Below, piece after piece: positions 30,301-39,962 of a DNA stretch of 64,000 nt (within the stretch, counting starts at the first letter, position 1; each line of letters starts with the position of its first letter). Made by a program: the position numbers and the translations under genes. The notes below the pieces were generated by a model. The model did not search any database, was not told the origin of the DNA, and saw only the letters and a list, made by a program, of their open reading frames with translations. The DNA comes from an uncultured Ignavibacteriaceae bacterium (lineage in GTDB: Bacteria; Bacteroidota; Ignavibacteria; Ignavibacteriales; Ignavibacteriaceae). Where the stretch lies: assembly GCA_963704275.1 (NCBI GenBank), contig CAVPHP010000006.1, positions 8,352 through 72,351 on the forward strand, written 5' to 3'.

Positions 30301-30479
30301 AAGATGAGCTAATAAAATCTAACGAAGAGCTGATAAAAATTTGCAATGAATTTATTCCAGCTTATGTGGATAAAATAGTGCACGGAAAATTTAATCTTTC
30401 CATTCTTGAAGACAGAGAAAACAAAGTTTGCCGTTTTTGCGATTTCAAATCAATATGCAGAATTCAGGAAGTTAATTAA
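27336..30479 (+). CDS. addB: AddB-type helicase-nuclease subunit (inactive helicase-like domain, RecB-family nuclease, Fe-S staple)
   Basis: 1047 aa. The nuclease motif is GKIDRVD...YKVIDYKLSGK. The cysteines are CPFQYF...CRFCDFKSIC (C-xn-CxxCx5C, as in the AddB iron-sulfur cluster). No GxGKT Walker A is present at the N-terminus (LLIIVPTNRKIRYL). The start overlaps the CYTH gene stop (ATGA). Confidence 0.75.
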   Translation: MILSKNKIEKLDPDILINEFIEQEKLGELLIIVPTNRKIRYLKRELVTRSPGKSISKINLHTFETFVNQIFQLNEFAGFKSLSEAASAVLLSKAFKKTDLKYFSNYKDEIPRGTLDRIKNVITQYKLNGILPAQILYESEKLDGSEKLKAIDIANVYKNYLSFCKDLKVYETGDVYSEVLALEKKDFETRFYKSFTEIKKILINGFDEFTQPEIDIINFTANIAGIELYVIFDYYRFNPALFSHLDSCYEKFKTKGFAEVEDTSIIQFIDYQKRVREKLFLLNENDSPTQSEIETIKINAQSPEEEIRLIAKEIKTLITTNNVDVDSITVAFNLISDHSAIIRDVFNEYGIPFNLTDRYALNESQPVIALINFLEILENNFYYKNIFRALTGRWIKINSVDLSNLLRVSSNLKIVSGYGNWIDSISRTIEEIKFNNDDEDNRFLPIEFYEKAKDDIESIFETLKSFKEKKTIYDFKTELRKIIYTLDLPKRIINDYEQYIEKNVKAVTVFLETLDELFDLLIDENGVDKKFPLSFFLSQIKTALQFTRYNIKERHASGVLVTSVNEIRGLNFDYVFIGGLVDGEFPTRYQPEIFISGSYRKNEYNHILEDRYHFYQTLCCVKKTLYLSYSFADEKKEFTPSTFVKDLQRLFIIREKSNKDYANLVYSKAELMKYAASLDVEIDKDEFAKFGIDIDKFKKDLNVDKLRSENPFGESEYTGDISINISDEAKTKLAEQKEKQYSASQLEEYAKCPFQYFLKRILQLETIEEPNEELESFELGSIIHSILYEFYKTINEKQFIISGCSDELFKEIEKIIFTIAEKKLDKLRLNSSLIFFEREKILGIGGSIKKSILYKFLEEERNNTEGFKPEYFEMSFGKFKNQKDDEVNEMLIGDIKVRGKIDRVDVKSDENIYKVIDYKLSGKRPAKKELETGLSLQLPLYLYASKKMIEAELGKEFNPAAAIIYSLKLSNKDFGERKIHVSSSRNPTEDELIKSNEELIKICNEFIPAYVDKIVHGKFNLSILEDRENKVCRFCDFKSICRIQEVN

Positions 30480-30554
30480 CATAAATTTTTATCCTTGCAT
30501 TCTTTAAACTTATATTTATTTTAAGCAGCAACACATTAAACATTAAGGAAATAG

Positions 30555-32783
30555 ATGAAAAAAATGATTTTTCTACTTTTAGTTTTTATTACAGGATTTG
30601 GTTTTGCACAAAGCGGTGCAGAACAATGTATTATCGGAAAGACAGCACAATTTAATCGCCTGCAAAAATTTGCTGATTTTGATTATCCCGGCGATCAGAA
30701 ATATGATGTTAAATATTATAAACTTGATATAACCGTAAATCATACATCCCAAACAATTTCGGGTATCGTAACTTGTAAAGCGCAAATTGTAGAAGCTGGT
30801 GTAACAGAAATTTATTACGATCTTACTAATCCGCTTATTGTTGATTCTGTTTTTGTAAATGGTATTCTGGCTTCGTTTACGAGAGGTTCAAATACTTTAA
30901 ATATATCTTTGGGCAGTACGCTTAATCAGGGAGATGTATTTACGACGATAGTATATTATCACGGATCACCAGGCTCAAGTGGATTTGGTAGTTTCGAATT
31001 TAGTTCTCAAGGTGGTAATCCAGCAATATGGACATTGAGTGAACCTTATGGTGCCAAGGATTGGTGGCCTGCTAAAGATACACCTGCAGATAAGGCTGAT
31101 TCCGCTGATTTTTGGATTACAGTAAGTTCAAATTTAACCGCTGTATCAAATGGTAAATTGATGGAAATTGTTGATAACGGAAATGGAACTCACACTTTTA
31201 AGTGGAAAAGCAGTTACCCGATTGCACAATATCTGCTTTCGATGGCAATAACAAATTATGCTGAGTATACAAATTATTATAATTACAGTCCGACAGATTC
31301 AATGCCTATAAATCATTTCCTTTATCCGTCAAGTTTAAGCTCCAATATTTCTCAGCTTGATAAAACTCCAAATATGATTGAAATTTATTCTCAGCAATTT
31401 GGTCAGTATCCATTTATAAATGAAAAATATGGACACGCACAATTTGGCTGGGGCGGCGGAATGGAACATCAAACTGTTTCTTCAATGGGTGGATTTAGCG
31501 ATGGTTTGATTGCACACGAACTTGCACATATGTGGTACGGCGATAATATCACTTGTAAAGATTGGCATCACATCTGGCTAAATGAGGGCTTTGCAACTTA
31601 TGGTGAAGGTGTAATTTATGAAAACTGGTACGGTAAAACCGGTTATGATAATTACATTGCAAGTGAAATGAGCAGCGCAAGAAATGCAGTCGGTACTATC
31701 TGGGTGCAGGATATTAGCAGCGTTAACCAAATTTTTAATGGCAACAGAACCTATTCAAAAGGCTGTGTTGTATTGCATATGCTTAGAGGTGTTGTTGGTG
31801 ATTCAACTTTCTTTAATATTTTAAGATCTTATACTGCTGATCCGTCTGTTCGATATGGTGTTGCAACAACAGAAGATTTTCAAGCTATTGCAGAAAGTGT
31901 TTCCGGTATGGATTTGAATTACTTTTTTCAGCAATGGATTTATGGAGAAAAATACCCCAAATATCATTCCTGGTTTTCAAAAAATTTAATCAGCGGTAAT
32001 ACATGGAATTTATCTTTACTGATTAATCAGGATACAAATACTAATCCGGCTTATTTTACTATGCCGATTCAAATAAAAGTAACAAGAGCAATTGGTGATA
32101 CAACAGTTACTGTTTTTAATAACTCACCAAGTCAGCAATTTAATATTTCGATTAATGGTGAACCTCTTTCAATTGTATTTGATCCGAACAATTGGATATT
32201 AAAAACTCATTCAACCATCGTTCCTGTTGAACTAACATCATTCACTGCTGTGCTGGTAAATCAGAAAGTTATTTTGAACTGGACGACTGCAACAGAACTA
32301 AACAATCACGGTTTTGAGATACAGAGAAAATTTGAAAATACTGATTGGGCAACAATTGCATTTAAGTCAGGTAACGGTACAACAACTGAAGTAACAAACT
32401 ATACTTTTGAAGATAATATTTCTGATTTAAAAAAGACAAACATTTATTACAGACTAAAGCAAATTGATTACAATGGTGAGTTTGATTTTTCTGATGAAGT
32501 AGAAGTAGTTAATTTTCCGGATGTTTATTCCCTTGAGCAAAACTATCCAAATCCATTTAATCCAAGTACAATAATTAAGTTTAATTTGGCTAATGCAGGA
32601 TTTACCTCATTAAAAATTTATAATGTCCTTGGAAAAGAAGTAGCAAATATTTTAAATGGTGAATTAGAAGCAGGCTCGCATCAAGTTAGTTTTGATGCTT
32701 CCAATTTGCCAAGCGGAGTTTATATGTACACAGTAAGTTCTGGAAGCTATAAAGAAACGATGAAAATGTTACTTTTAAAATAA
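30555..32783 (+). CDS. M1-family zinc aminopeptidase with T9SS C-terminal sorting domain
   Basis: The motifs are GGMEHQ, HELAHMWYGD (HExxH) and WLNEGFATY. The C-terminal module runs [39 protein letters not shown] then [24 protein letters not shown]. Confidence 0.9.
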   Translation: MKKMIFLLLVFITGFGFAQSGAEQCIIGKTAQFNRLQKFADFDYPGDQKYDVKYYKLDITVNHTSQTISGIVTCKAQIVEAGVTEIYYDLTNPLIVDSVFVNGILASFTRGSNTLNISLGSTLNQGDVFTTIVYYHGSPGSSGFGSFEFSSQGGNPAIWTLSEPYGAKDWWPAKDTPADKADSADFWITVSSNLTAVSNGKLMEIVDNGNGTHTFKWKSSYPIAQYLLSMAITNYAEYTNYYNYSPTDSMPINHFLYPSSLSSNISQLDKTPNMIEIYSQQFGQYPFINEKYGHAQFGWGGGMEHQTVSSMGGFSDGLIAHELAHMWYGDNITCKDWHHIWLNEGFATYGEGVIYENWYGKTGYDNYIASEMSSARNAVGTIWVQDISSVNQIFNGNRTYSKGCVVLHMLRGVVGDSTFFNILRSYTADPSVRYGVATTEDFQAIAESVSGMDLNYFFQQWIYGEKYPKYHSWFSKNLISGNTWNLSLLINQDTNTNPAYFTMPIQIKVTRAIGDTTVTVFNNSPSQQFNISINGEPLSIVFDPNNWILKTHSTIVPVELTSFTAVLVNQKVILNWTTATELNNHGFEIQRKFENTDWATIAFKSGNGTTTEVTNYTFEDNISDLKKTNIYYRLKQIDYNGEFDFSDEVEVVNFPDVYSLEQNYPNPFNPSTIIKFNLANAGFTSLKIYNVLGKEVANILNGELEAGSHQVSFDASNLPSGVYMYTVSSGSYKETMKMLLLK

Positions 32784-32828
32784 TTTTGGATTCTTGACAT
32801 ACAGGTAATCAATTCTTATTTTTGACGT

Positions 32829-32868
32829 GCCACTGTTTCGATTTATCGGAACGGTGGCAATTTTTTTT
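32829..32868 (+). terminator. rho-independent terminator
   Basis: The 12-bp stem gccactgtttcg/cggaacggtggc (two G-U pairs) has a 6-nt loop and is followed by aatttttttt. Confidence 0.75.
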
Positions 32869-32894
32869 AAATCATTAACAAACAGAGATTTATT

Positions 32895-33371
32895 ATGTCC
32901 GCTGGAAATTTTGTTTATTTGACAAGGGAAAGATTAATAGAACTTGAAAAAGAACTTCAGGAAATGAAAACTAACGGCAGAAAAAAAATGGCTGCTAAAA
33001 TTGCTGAAGCTCGGGCGCATGGCGATCTTTCTGAAAATGCTGAATATGATGCTGCTAAAGAAGAACAGGGCTTGTTTGAATTGAAGATTAGTAAAATGGA
33101 AGATGTACTATCACGTGCAAGAGTTATTGATACTTCCAAAATGCCGACTGATGAAGCACATTTGCTTTCTACTGTTAAGATTAAAAATTTAAAGACTAAA
33201 AAAATTGTTGAGTATCTTTTAGTTTCACCGGAAGAAGCTGATTTTCAAGAAGGTAAAATTTCCGTTACTTCTCCGGTTGGACAAGGATTAATGGGTGCTA
33301 AATTAGGACAGAAAGTTCAGGTTAAAGCTCCTGCCGGATTATTGGAGTTTGAAATTATTGAAATTAAATAA
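32895..33371 (+). CDS. greA: transcription elongation factor GreA
   Basis: LTRERLIELEKELQEM..AKIAEARAHGDLSENAEYDAAKEEQ; 158 aa. Confidence 0.95.
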   Translation: MSAGNFVYLTRERLIELEKELQEMKTNGRKKMAAKIAEARAHGDLSENAEYDAAKEEQGLFELKISKMEDVLSRARVIDTSKMPTDEAHLLSTVKIKNLKTKKIVEYLLVSPEEADFQEGKISVTSPVGQGLMGAKLGQKVQVKAPAGLLEFEIIEIK

Positions 33372-33396
33372 TGTAATTATATTGAATTCAAAAATT

Positions 33397-33465
33397 GTCA
33401 TTCCCATGAAGGTGGGGATCTACTTTGTTATAGATTTTATGGATTCCCGTTTTCACGGGAATGAC
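33397..33465. repeat. REP-like palindromic element, copy 3
   Basis: gtcattcccatgaaggtggggatc...ggattcccgttttcacgggaatgac. It is an imperfect inverted repeat with the same GTCATT/AATGAC termini, in the greA-ribD spacer. Confidence 0.7.
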
Positions 33466-33519
33466 ATCCAATTCTTTCGACAAGATCATCGTATCCATTA
33501 TTAATAAAGTTTAATCATA

Positions 33520-34608
33520 TTGGCAGATGAATCATACATACAGCTTGCAATTGAAATAGCTAAAAAAGGTGCGGGTAGTGTTAGTCCAAATCCGCTTGTT
33601 GGATGTGTGATAATTAAAGACAATAAAATTATTGGTGCAGGTTATCATCAAAAGTTTGGTGAAGAACACGCCGAGATAAATGCAATAAACTCCTCAGCTG
33701 AACCAGTTGAAGGCGGAACTTTATATGTAAATCTTGAACCTTGCAGTCATTACGGCAAAACACCGCCCTGTGTTGATCGAATAATAAAAGAAAAAATTAA
33801 ACAAGTTGTAATCGGAACACTTGATGTAAACCCGCTTGTTAGCGGAAACGGAGTTAAAGCATTAAAGAAAGCCGGAGTTGATGTTAAAGTTGGTGTGCTT
33901 GAAAATGAATGTATTGAGCTAAATAAATTCTTCTTCAAATATATTACAAGTAAACTTCCTTACGTTACTTTAAAAGCCGCACAAACATTGGATGGAATGA
34001 TTGCTGATAAGAATAAAAATTCTGAATGGATTTCATCAAAAGAATCTAGAAAGTACGTTCATTGGCTGCGTGCAAGATATGATGCGGTTCTTATCGGTTC
34101 GGATACTGCGAAAATTGATAATCCAAAATTAACTGTTCGAATGGTTGAAGGAAGAAATCCCTATCGTGTTGTGCTTGATTCAAAGCTGAACTTAAAAACT
34201 GATTTATATTTATTTAAAAATAATTCTGATAAAAAAACAATAATAATTACAGCCGGGGCAAATAGATCCAAATTAAATAAAGTTAAAATATTTAAAAAAC
34301 TCGGTGTAAATGTTTTATTTGTTAAGTCAGATAGACAGGGAAGAATACAATTAAAAAATGTTTTAAAGGAACTATCAAAATTGCAAATAGCATCTTTGTT
34401 AGTTGAAGGCGGAAGCAAAATCTATTCGTCATTCATCAAACAAAATTTATTTGATGATATCCTTCTATTTGTTAGCCCAAAAATCCTTGGCAGTGGACTG
34501 AACACATTCTCGGAATTTAAATCCAAAAAACTTGGCGATGCTGCAAAATTAAATGTCAAACAAACTCAAAAAATTGGTGATGATATTCTTATCGAACTTG
34601 TTAAATAA
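33520..34608 (+). CDS. ribD: bifunctional riboflavin biosynthesis deaminase/reductase RibD
   Basis: The CMP/dCMP deaminase zinc motifs are HAEINAI and EPCSHYGKTPPC. The C-terminal reductase domain is KAAQTLDG..LLVEGG. A TTG start is inferred. Confidence 0.9.
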   Translation: MADESYIQLAIEIAKKGAGSVSPNPLVGCVIIKDNKIIGAGYHQKFGEEHAEINAINSSAEPVEGGTLYVNLEPCSHYGKTPPCVDRIIKEKIKQVVIGTLDVNPLVSGNGVKALKKAGVDVKVGVLENECIELNKFFFKYITSKLPYVTLKAAQTLDGMIADKNKNSEWISSKESRKYVHWLRARYDAVLIGSDTAKIDNPKLTVRMVEGRNPYRVVLDSKLNLKTDLYLFKNNSDKKTIIITAGANRSKLNKVKIFKKLGVNVLFVKSDRQGRIQLKNVLKELSKLQIASLLVEGGSKIYSSFIKQNLFDDILLFVSPKILGSGLNTFSEFKSKKLGDAAKLNVKQTQKIGDDILIELVK

Positions 34609-34684
34609 AATTTTACAAGATAGAATATTTTTGAAATCCTGATAATAACTTTACTGTACAAATCTAAAAAATTTAAAGGCTTAT

Positions 34685-35305
34685 ATGTTTACTGGTTTAG
34701 TTGAAGAAAAAGGAAAACTTAAAGATAAAATCGCAACCGGCGATGGATTTCAGTTTGTGATTGAAGCAAAATTAATTATGGATGATTTAAAAATTGGAAG
34801 CAGCATTGCTGTTAATGGTTGCTGTTTAACCGTTGTAAAAATTGATGGAAACACTTTTGCTGTTGATACAATTGAAGAAACACTGAATAAAACGAATCTT
34901 GGTGTTTTAAAAGAAGGAATGAATGTAAACTTGGAAAGACCATTAGCCGCCGATGCCAGATTAGGGGGACATTTTGTACTCGGGCATATTGATACAATCG
35001 GAAAAGTGGAAGACGTTAAAGAACTTTCTAACAGCCATTGGCTTACAATTTCGTTTCCAGAAAAGTTTAAGCAGTATTTAATTTACGTTGGTTCAGTGGC
35101 TATTGATGGTGTTAGTATGACAGTCGCAGAATTGAAAAATAATTCATTTTCTGTCGGGATAATACCGCATACGTGGAAGGAAACGATTTTTGCAGATAAA
35201 AAAATAGGCGATACTGTTAATCTTGAGTTTGATGTTCTTGGTAAATACGTTGAACGAATTATGGAAACTAAAAGCGAAGGTGAGTCATCCATCTTTTTAA
35301 ATTGA
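34685..35305 (+). CDS. ribE: riboflavin synthase alpha chain
   Basis: MFTGLVEEKG..., with duplicated lumazine-binding repeats (GSSIAVNGCCLTV and GSVAIDGVSMTV). Confidence 0.9.
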   Translation: MFTGLVEEKGKLKDKIATGDGFQFVIEAKLIMDDLKIGSSIAVNGCCLTVVKIDGNTFAVDTIEETLNKTNLGVLKEGMNVNLERPLAADARLGGHFVLGHIDTIGKVEDVKELSNSHWLTISFPEKFKQYLIYVGSVAIDGVSMTVAELKNNSFSVGIIPHTWKETIFADKKIGDTVNLEFDVLGKYVERIMETKSEGESSIFLN

Positions 35306-36669
35306 TGAAAGCAACCGAACAAAAAGTTTTAAGATTTATCAAAGAGAATGAACTTCTTTTACCGGGAGAAAAAGTTCTTGTTGCTTTAAGCGGCGGACCT
35401 GATTCTGTTTTTTTGCTTCACTTCTTAAATAAGTTTAAGAAAAAATTTAAAATTGAAATTGGCGCTGCACATATTAATCATCTGTTGCGCGGAAAAGATT
35501 CTGAAAGAGATGAACAATTTTGTAAAGCTATTTGTGATGAATTATCAATTCCAATTTATGTACATCGTCAAAACATTAAAGTTTACTCAAAGAAAAATAA
35601 AATTTCATTAGAATCGGCGGGTAGAAGAATCCGTTATAATTTTTTTGAAAAAATTTCTAAAGTAAATGGATATGATAAAATTGTAACCGCACACAACTCT
35701 GATGATAACACTGAAACGGTTTTGCTTAATCTTATTAAAGGAACTGGATTGAAAGGTATCTCTGGTATTCCGGTAAAAAGAAATAATATTGTTCGTCCGA
35801 TTCTTTCAATATCTAAAATGGAAATTTTGGATTATCTTGAACAAAATAAATTTGAATATAGAATTGATGAATCAAACCTTTCCAACGATTTTGAACGTAA
35901 CTTTTTAAGAAATGAAATTGTTCCTCTTATCAGAAAGAATTTAAATCCATCTTTATCTAATTCTGTCTTAAATACTTCACTTAATTTGCAGAGATTAAAT
36001 TTGTGGATTTCTGAAATTGTAAATGATTTCAAATCGAATGTAAGTGTTAAACATAAAAAGAGTGTTTCAATTCCAGCAGAGCTAATCAAAAAAAGTAGTG
36101 AGTTTATAACCTCTTTTTCTATTAAAGAGATTATAGATGAAAATTTTTCAACAAAACTTGAATCAGGTGATGTAAAAAAAATATTATCGCTTATAAAAAA
36201 GCAATCGGGTAAATCAGAAGAATTATCTGAAAATCTTATCGCACAAAAAGAGCGAAATGAAATAATTGTAAAGAAAAAAAATGTTTCAAAAAAATCTGAT
36301 ACTAAAAAACTAATTATTGGAAGCAGCTTAAAATTAGATGGAAAAACTTTTTCGATTGTTGAAGTTGATATCGATAAAATTAAAATCAACCATAACAAAA
36401 ATGAAGAGTATATTTCAGCAGAAAAGTTAGATAAGAATTTTATTATAAGAAGATGGAAAACAGGCGATAAATTTTTTCCAATAGGAATGCAAGGAACTAA
36501 AAAGATTTCTGATTATCTAAACGACATAAAAATAAATTCTTTTGAAAAAGCTGAACAGTTGGTTTTAGAAAATCGTGGCAGAATTGTTTGGGTTATTGGT
36601 AAACGGCTTGATGATAGATTTAAATTAACTCCTAAAACAAAGAAAGTTTTAAAACTATGCCTGAAGTAA
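35302..36669 (+). CDS. tilS: tRNA(Ile)-lysidine synthetase
   Basis: The PP-loop is VALSGGPDSVFL. HINHLLRG and the TAHNSDDNTET motif are present. It sits in the conserved tilS-hpt-ftsH order. Confidence 0.85.
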   Translation: MMKATEQKVLRFIKENELLLPGEKVLVALSGGPDSVFLLHFLNKFKKKFKIEIGAAHINHLLRGKDSERDEQFCKAICDELSIPIYVHRQNIKVYSKKNKISLESAGRRIRYNFFEKISKVNGYDKIVTAHNSDDNTETVLLNLIKGTGLKGISGIPVKRNNIVRPILSISKMEILDYLEQNKFEYRIDESNLSNDFERNFLRNEIVPLIRKNLNPSLSNSVLNTSLNLQRLNLWISEIVNDFKSNVSVKHKKSVSIPAELIKKSSEFITSFSIKEIIDENFSTKLESGDVKKILSLIKKQSGKSEELSENLIAQKERNEIIVKKKNVSKKSDTKKLIIGSSLKLDGKTFSIVEVDIDKIKINHNKNEEYISAEKLDKNFIIRRWKTGDKFFPIGMQGTKKISDYLNDIKINSFEKAEQLVLENRGRIVWVIGKRLDDRFKLTPKTKKVLKLCLK

Positions 36670-37220
36670 ATGATGGTGAAATCGAAAAGCTTGTAATAGA
36701 CGATGATGTTTTTGTGCCATTGCTCACAGAGGAGGTAATTCAAAATCGAATTAAAGAATTGGCAGTACAAATATCACAGGATTACAAAGAAAAAATCCCA
36801 ATTTTTATAGGCGTGCTTAACGGAGCTTTTATTTTTTTATCAGACTTAATTAAAAATATTTCAATCAATTGTGAAATCGATTTTTTTAAGTTATCAAGTT
36901 ATGGTGATTCGAAAATTTCATCAGGCAATGTAAAGCTGCTCAAAGAATTAAATTGCGATGTGAACGGACGCGACATTATTATTGTTGAAGATATTGTGGA
37001 TTCGGGTTTATCGATTAAGTACATAGAAGAAATTTTTGCAAAGCACAAGCCCAAAAGTGTTAAGGTATGCTCGTTATTAATGAAGCCTGAAAGCCTCAAA
37101 TATAATGTCAAAATTGATTATATTGGATTTAACATTCCAAGTAAATTTGTTATAGGATATGGGTTGGATTATTCCCAAAAGTTTAGAAATCTTAGAACAA
37201 TTTTTTACTTAAGCGAATAA
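36657..37220 (+). CDS. hpt: hypoxanthine phosphoribosyltransferase
   Basis: The PRPP-binding motif is DIIIVEDIVDSGLS. The C-terminal FVIGYGLDY is present. Confidence 0.9.
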   Translation: MPEVNDGEIEKLVIDDDVFVPLLTEEVIQNRIKELAVQISQDYKEKIPIFIGVLNGAFIFLSDLIKNISINCEIDFFKLSSYGDSKISSGNVKLLKELNCDVNGRDIIIVEDIVDSGLSIKYIEEIFAKHKPKSVKVCSLLMKPESLKYNVKIDYIGFNIPSKFVIGYGLDYSQKFRNLRTIFYLSE

Positions 37221-37261
37221 TGTATTAATTAAATAAAGAGTAAAACTTTTAAAGAAATAAT

Positions 37262-39304
37262 ATGAGTGACAACGAAAATAAATCAAACAAAAATTTAAAA
37301 AACAATAAGCCAAATAGACCGGATGATAATTTTGATTGGTCTAAAGTTATAAGATTGGTTTTTGGATGGGGCGCAGTAATTGTTGCCGCAGTTATTGTTA
37401 TGCAGGTTTTTAGAACAAATACAGAAACTTTTACAGAAATTCCTTACGGCGAGTATGAAGTTTTACTTCAAAATCCTGAAAACATTTCCTCAGCAAGCAT
37501 CATTAAATCAGATATAAATGATTATACTTTTAAAGCAGAGCTTCAAAAAGAAACTGATGTTAAGATTAAAGGCAAATCAGTTTCCGTCAAGGCTATTTCC
37601 GTTTATATTCCCGAACCAATGATTCATGATCAGGAATCTGTGTGGAAAGAAAAAGGAATTCAGTATTCGTTTGATAAAGAATCCAACGAGTGGATGAATA
37701 TTTTAATTGGATTTTTACCCTGGGTTCTTATCATAGCAGTTTGGGTTGTTATTATGAGAAGAATGCAAGGACAGGGCGGTGGTTCAAAAGGTATTTTCTC
37801 ATTTGGAAAAAGTAAAGCAAAACTAATAACTCCATCAAGCAAGCGCGTAACTTTTAAAGATGTTGCAGGTACTGATGAAGCTAAAATGGAATTGCAGGAA
37901 ATAATTGAATTTCTTAAAGAACCATCAAAGTTTCAAAAACTTGGCGGTAAAATTCCAAGAGGTGTTTTACTTTTAGGACCTCCCGGAACCGGTAAAACTT
38001 TATTAGCACGCGCAGTAGCCGGTGAATCCGGCGTTCCGTTCTTTTCTATTTCCGGGGCGGATTTTGTTGAGATGTTTGTCGGTGTTGGTGCAAGCCGTGT
38101 TCGTGATTTATTTGAACAAGGGAAGAAAAATGCGCCATGTATAATTTTTATTGATGAGATTGATGCTGTTGGAAGACATCGCGGTGCTGGATTAGGCGGC
38201 GGACATGATGAGCGTGAACAAACTCTTAATGCACTGCTTGTTGAGATGGATGGATTTGAACAGAACAGCGGAGTAATAATTATTGCAGCAACAAACAGAC
38301 CCGATGTTCTCGATCCCGCATTATTAAGACCTGGAAGATTTGATAGACAGGTGGTTGTTGATCGCCCTGATGTAAAAGGAAGAGAAGGAATCTTAAAAGT
38401 TCATACTAGAAATATTCCTCTTGATGTAAATGTAGATGTTGAAGTTTTAGCAAAAGGAACACCTGGATTAGCAGGTGCAGAATTAGCAAATCTTGTTAAT
38501 GAAGCAGCGTTGTTAGCTGCAAGAAAAGATAAGAAAAAAGTGGAGATGATTGATTTTGAAGAAGCCAAAGATAAAGTGATGATGGGAATGGAAAGAAAAA
38601 GTTTAATCATTTCTGAAAAGGAAAAGAAAACAACTTCTTATCATGAAATAGGACACGTTCTTGTAGCAAGAATGATTCCTGAAGCTGACCCTGTTCACAA
38701 AGTAACAATCATTCCGCGCGGCAGAGCGCTTGGTGTTACCAGTTATCTTCCTATCGATGAGAAACATACTTATTCAAAAGAATATCTTGAGGCAATGATT
38801 ACTTATGCATTGGGCGGAAGAGCTGCAGAAAAATTAGTTTTCAATCATTATACTACAGGCGCTGGCAACGATATTGAAAAAGCTACAAACATTGCACGCA
38901 AAATGGTCTGCGAATGGGGAATGAGTGATAAGCTAGGTCCGCTTGCTTATGGTGCAAAGGAAGAAGAAATATTTTTAGGAAGAGAAATTCAAAAGCATAG
39001 AGATTATAGTGAAAAAACTGCAATTGAAATTGATGATGAAATTCGTGAAATAATTAATTCCGCTTTTGATAGAGCTGTTAAAATATTAAACGATAATATG
39101 GGATTACTTCACAAACTTTCAGAAGAATTACTCGAAAGAGAAATTCTTGACGCTGAAGAAATTGACACCATAATTCGTGGCGAAAGCTTGCCGCCGATGC
39201 AGAAGGAAGAAAAAGCTCCGGAAGACGCTGTTCCTGATCACGTAAAAAAATTAATGGAACAAAGACAGCAACAGGATTCAGAACCTAAAAATGAATCACA
39301 TTGA
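37262..39304 (+). CDS. ftsH: ATP-dependent zinc metalloprotease FtsH
   Basis: The Walker A is GPPGTGKT, the Walker B is IIFIDEIDA, the SRH is [19 protein letters not shown], and the zinc site is HEIGHVL. Confidence 0.97.
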   Translation: MSDNENKSNKNLKNNKPNRPDDNFDWSKVIRLVFGWGAVIVAAVIVMQVFRTNTETFTEIPYGEYEVLLQNPENISSASIIKSDINDYTFKAELQKETDVKIKGKSVSVKAISVYIPEPMIHDQESVWKEKGIQYSFDKESNEWMNILIGFLPWVLIIAVWVVIMRRMQGQGGGSKGIFSFGKSKAKLITPSSKRVTFKDVAGTDEAKMELQEIIEFLKEPSKFQKLGGKIPRGVLLLGPPGTGKTLLARAVAGESGVPFFSISGADFVEMFVGVGASRVRDLFEQGKKNAPCIIFIDEIDAVGRHRGAGLGGGHDEREQTLNALLVEMDGFEQNSGVIIIAATNRPDVLDPALLRPGRFDRQVVVDRPDVKGREGILKVHTRNIPLDVNVDVEVLAKGTPGLAGAELANLVNEAALLAARKDKKKVEMIDFEEAKDKVMMGMERKSLIISEKEKKTTSYHEIGHVLVARMIPEADPVHKVTIIPRGRALGVTSYLPIDEKHTYSKEYLEAMITYALGGRAAEKLVFNHYTTGAGNDIEKATNIARKMVCEWGMSDKLGPLAYGAKEEEIFLGREIQKHRDYSEKTAIEIDDEIREIINSAFDRAVKILNDNMGLLHKLSEELLEREILDAEEIDTIIRGESLPPMQKEEKAPEDAVPDHVKKLMEQRQQQDSEPKNESH

Positions 39305-39960
39305 TAACGGAACAATTCACTATAGAGATGAACTAGTTAGAAAACTGATTCATCTCTTTTCTTTATCCATACCGATAATTTATTATTTAATTCCTTCATC
39401 TACATCAATTACGATACTTATTTGTTTAACTGTTTTTGCACTCATTGTTGATGGCGGAAGATTCGTTTCAAAGTCATTTGCAAAAGTCTTTTACAGAACA
39501 TTTGGATTTTTATTACGCAAGCATGAACTTGATAATGAAAAGAAAAATTTAACAGGCGCTACTTATGTGCTTATCTCTGCACTAATTTGTGCTTTAATTT
39601 TTCCAAAAGTGATATTTGTAACTGCGTTTACAATATTGATTATCAGTGATACAATGGCGGCGCTTATTGGAAGAAAATTTGGTAAAAGAAAATTTCTAAG
39701 AAAAAGTTTTGAAGGAACTTTATCGTTTTTCATTAGTGCAAGCATCGTAGTTGTTTTTACACCCAAGGTTGGTAATTTTTCGATGGAATATGTGATTGGT
39801 TTTATTGCGGCATTTGTGGGAGCAATAGTTGAAAATATTTCCTACGGCTTATGCAGATGATAATTTAACAATTCCGATTTCTGTTGGATTAACAATGTGG
39901 GTGTTATACTTAATAATATTTCCAAATTTAGATTTGGTTTTACAAAATGTTCCGAGGTAA
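39291..39960 (+). pseudogene. polyprenol/diacylglycerol (CTP-dependent) kinase-family membrane protein with a frameshift near 39840-39850
   Basis: Track ORF 39291..39860 ends ..VENISYGLCR*. The +1 frame continues (A)YADDNLTIPISVGLTMWVLYLIIFPNLDLVLQNVPR* to 39960, which is the expected DDNLTIP C-terminal helix. The family assignment is tentative and rests on LIHL..SDTMAALIGRKFG. Confidence 0.5.
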
Positions 39961-39962
39961 AT

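Noticed and set aside
32794-32822. TTGACA-17 nt-TATTTT promoter-like sequence upstream of greA
   Set aside because: It lies upstream of, and would transcribe straight into, the strong terminator hairpin at 32829..32868. It is more likely a chance match in AT-rich DNA.
33372-33519. Expected FMN (RFN) riboswitch upstream of ribD
   Set aside because: I looked for the conserved GGGGCAGGGTGAAATTCCC / ACCGGCGGT-type core on the plus strand and did not find it. The spacer is instead occupied by REP-like copy 3. A covariance-model search should confirm the absence.
35832-36398. 188-aa ORF antisense to tilS, and similar antisense ORFs in sdhA (10459..11309), rpoB, rpoC, glnE and ftsH
   Set aside because: Long antisense ORFs are expected in AT-rich, purine-skewed coding DNA. 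All lie within genes that have strong family motifs on the opposite strand.
39897-39962. GTG-initiated N-terminal extension of the 39897..41069 ORF
   Set aside because: ATG 39963 gives a canonical lipoprotein signal peptide. The extension overlaps the frame-shifted true C-terminus of the upstream kinase-like gene.
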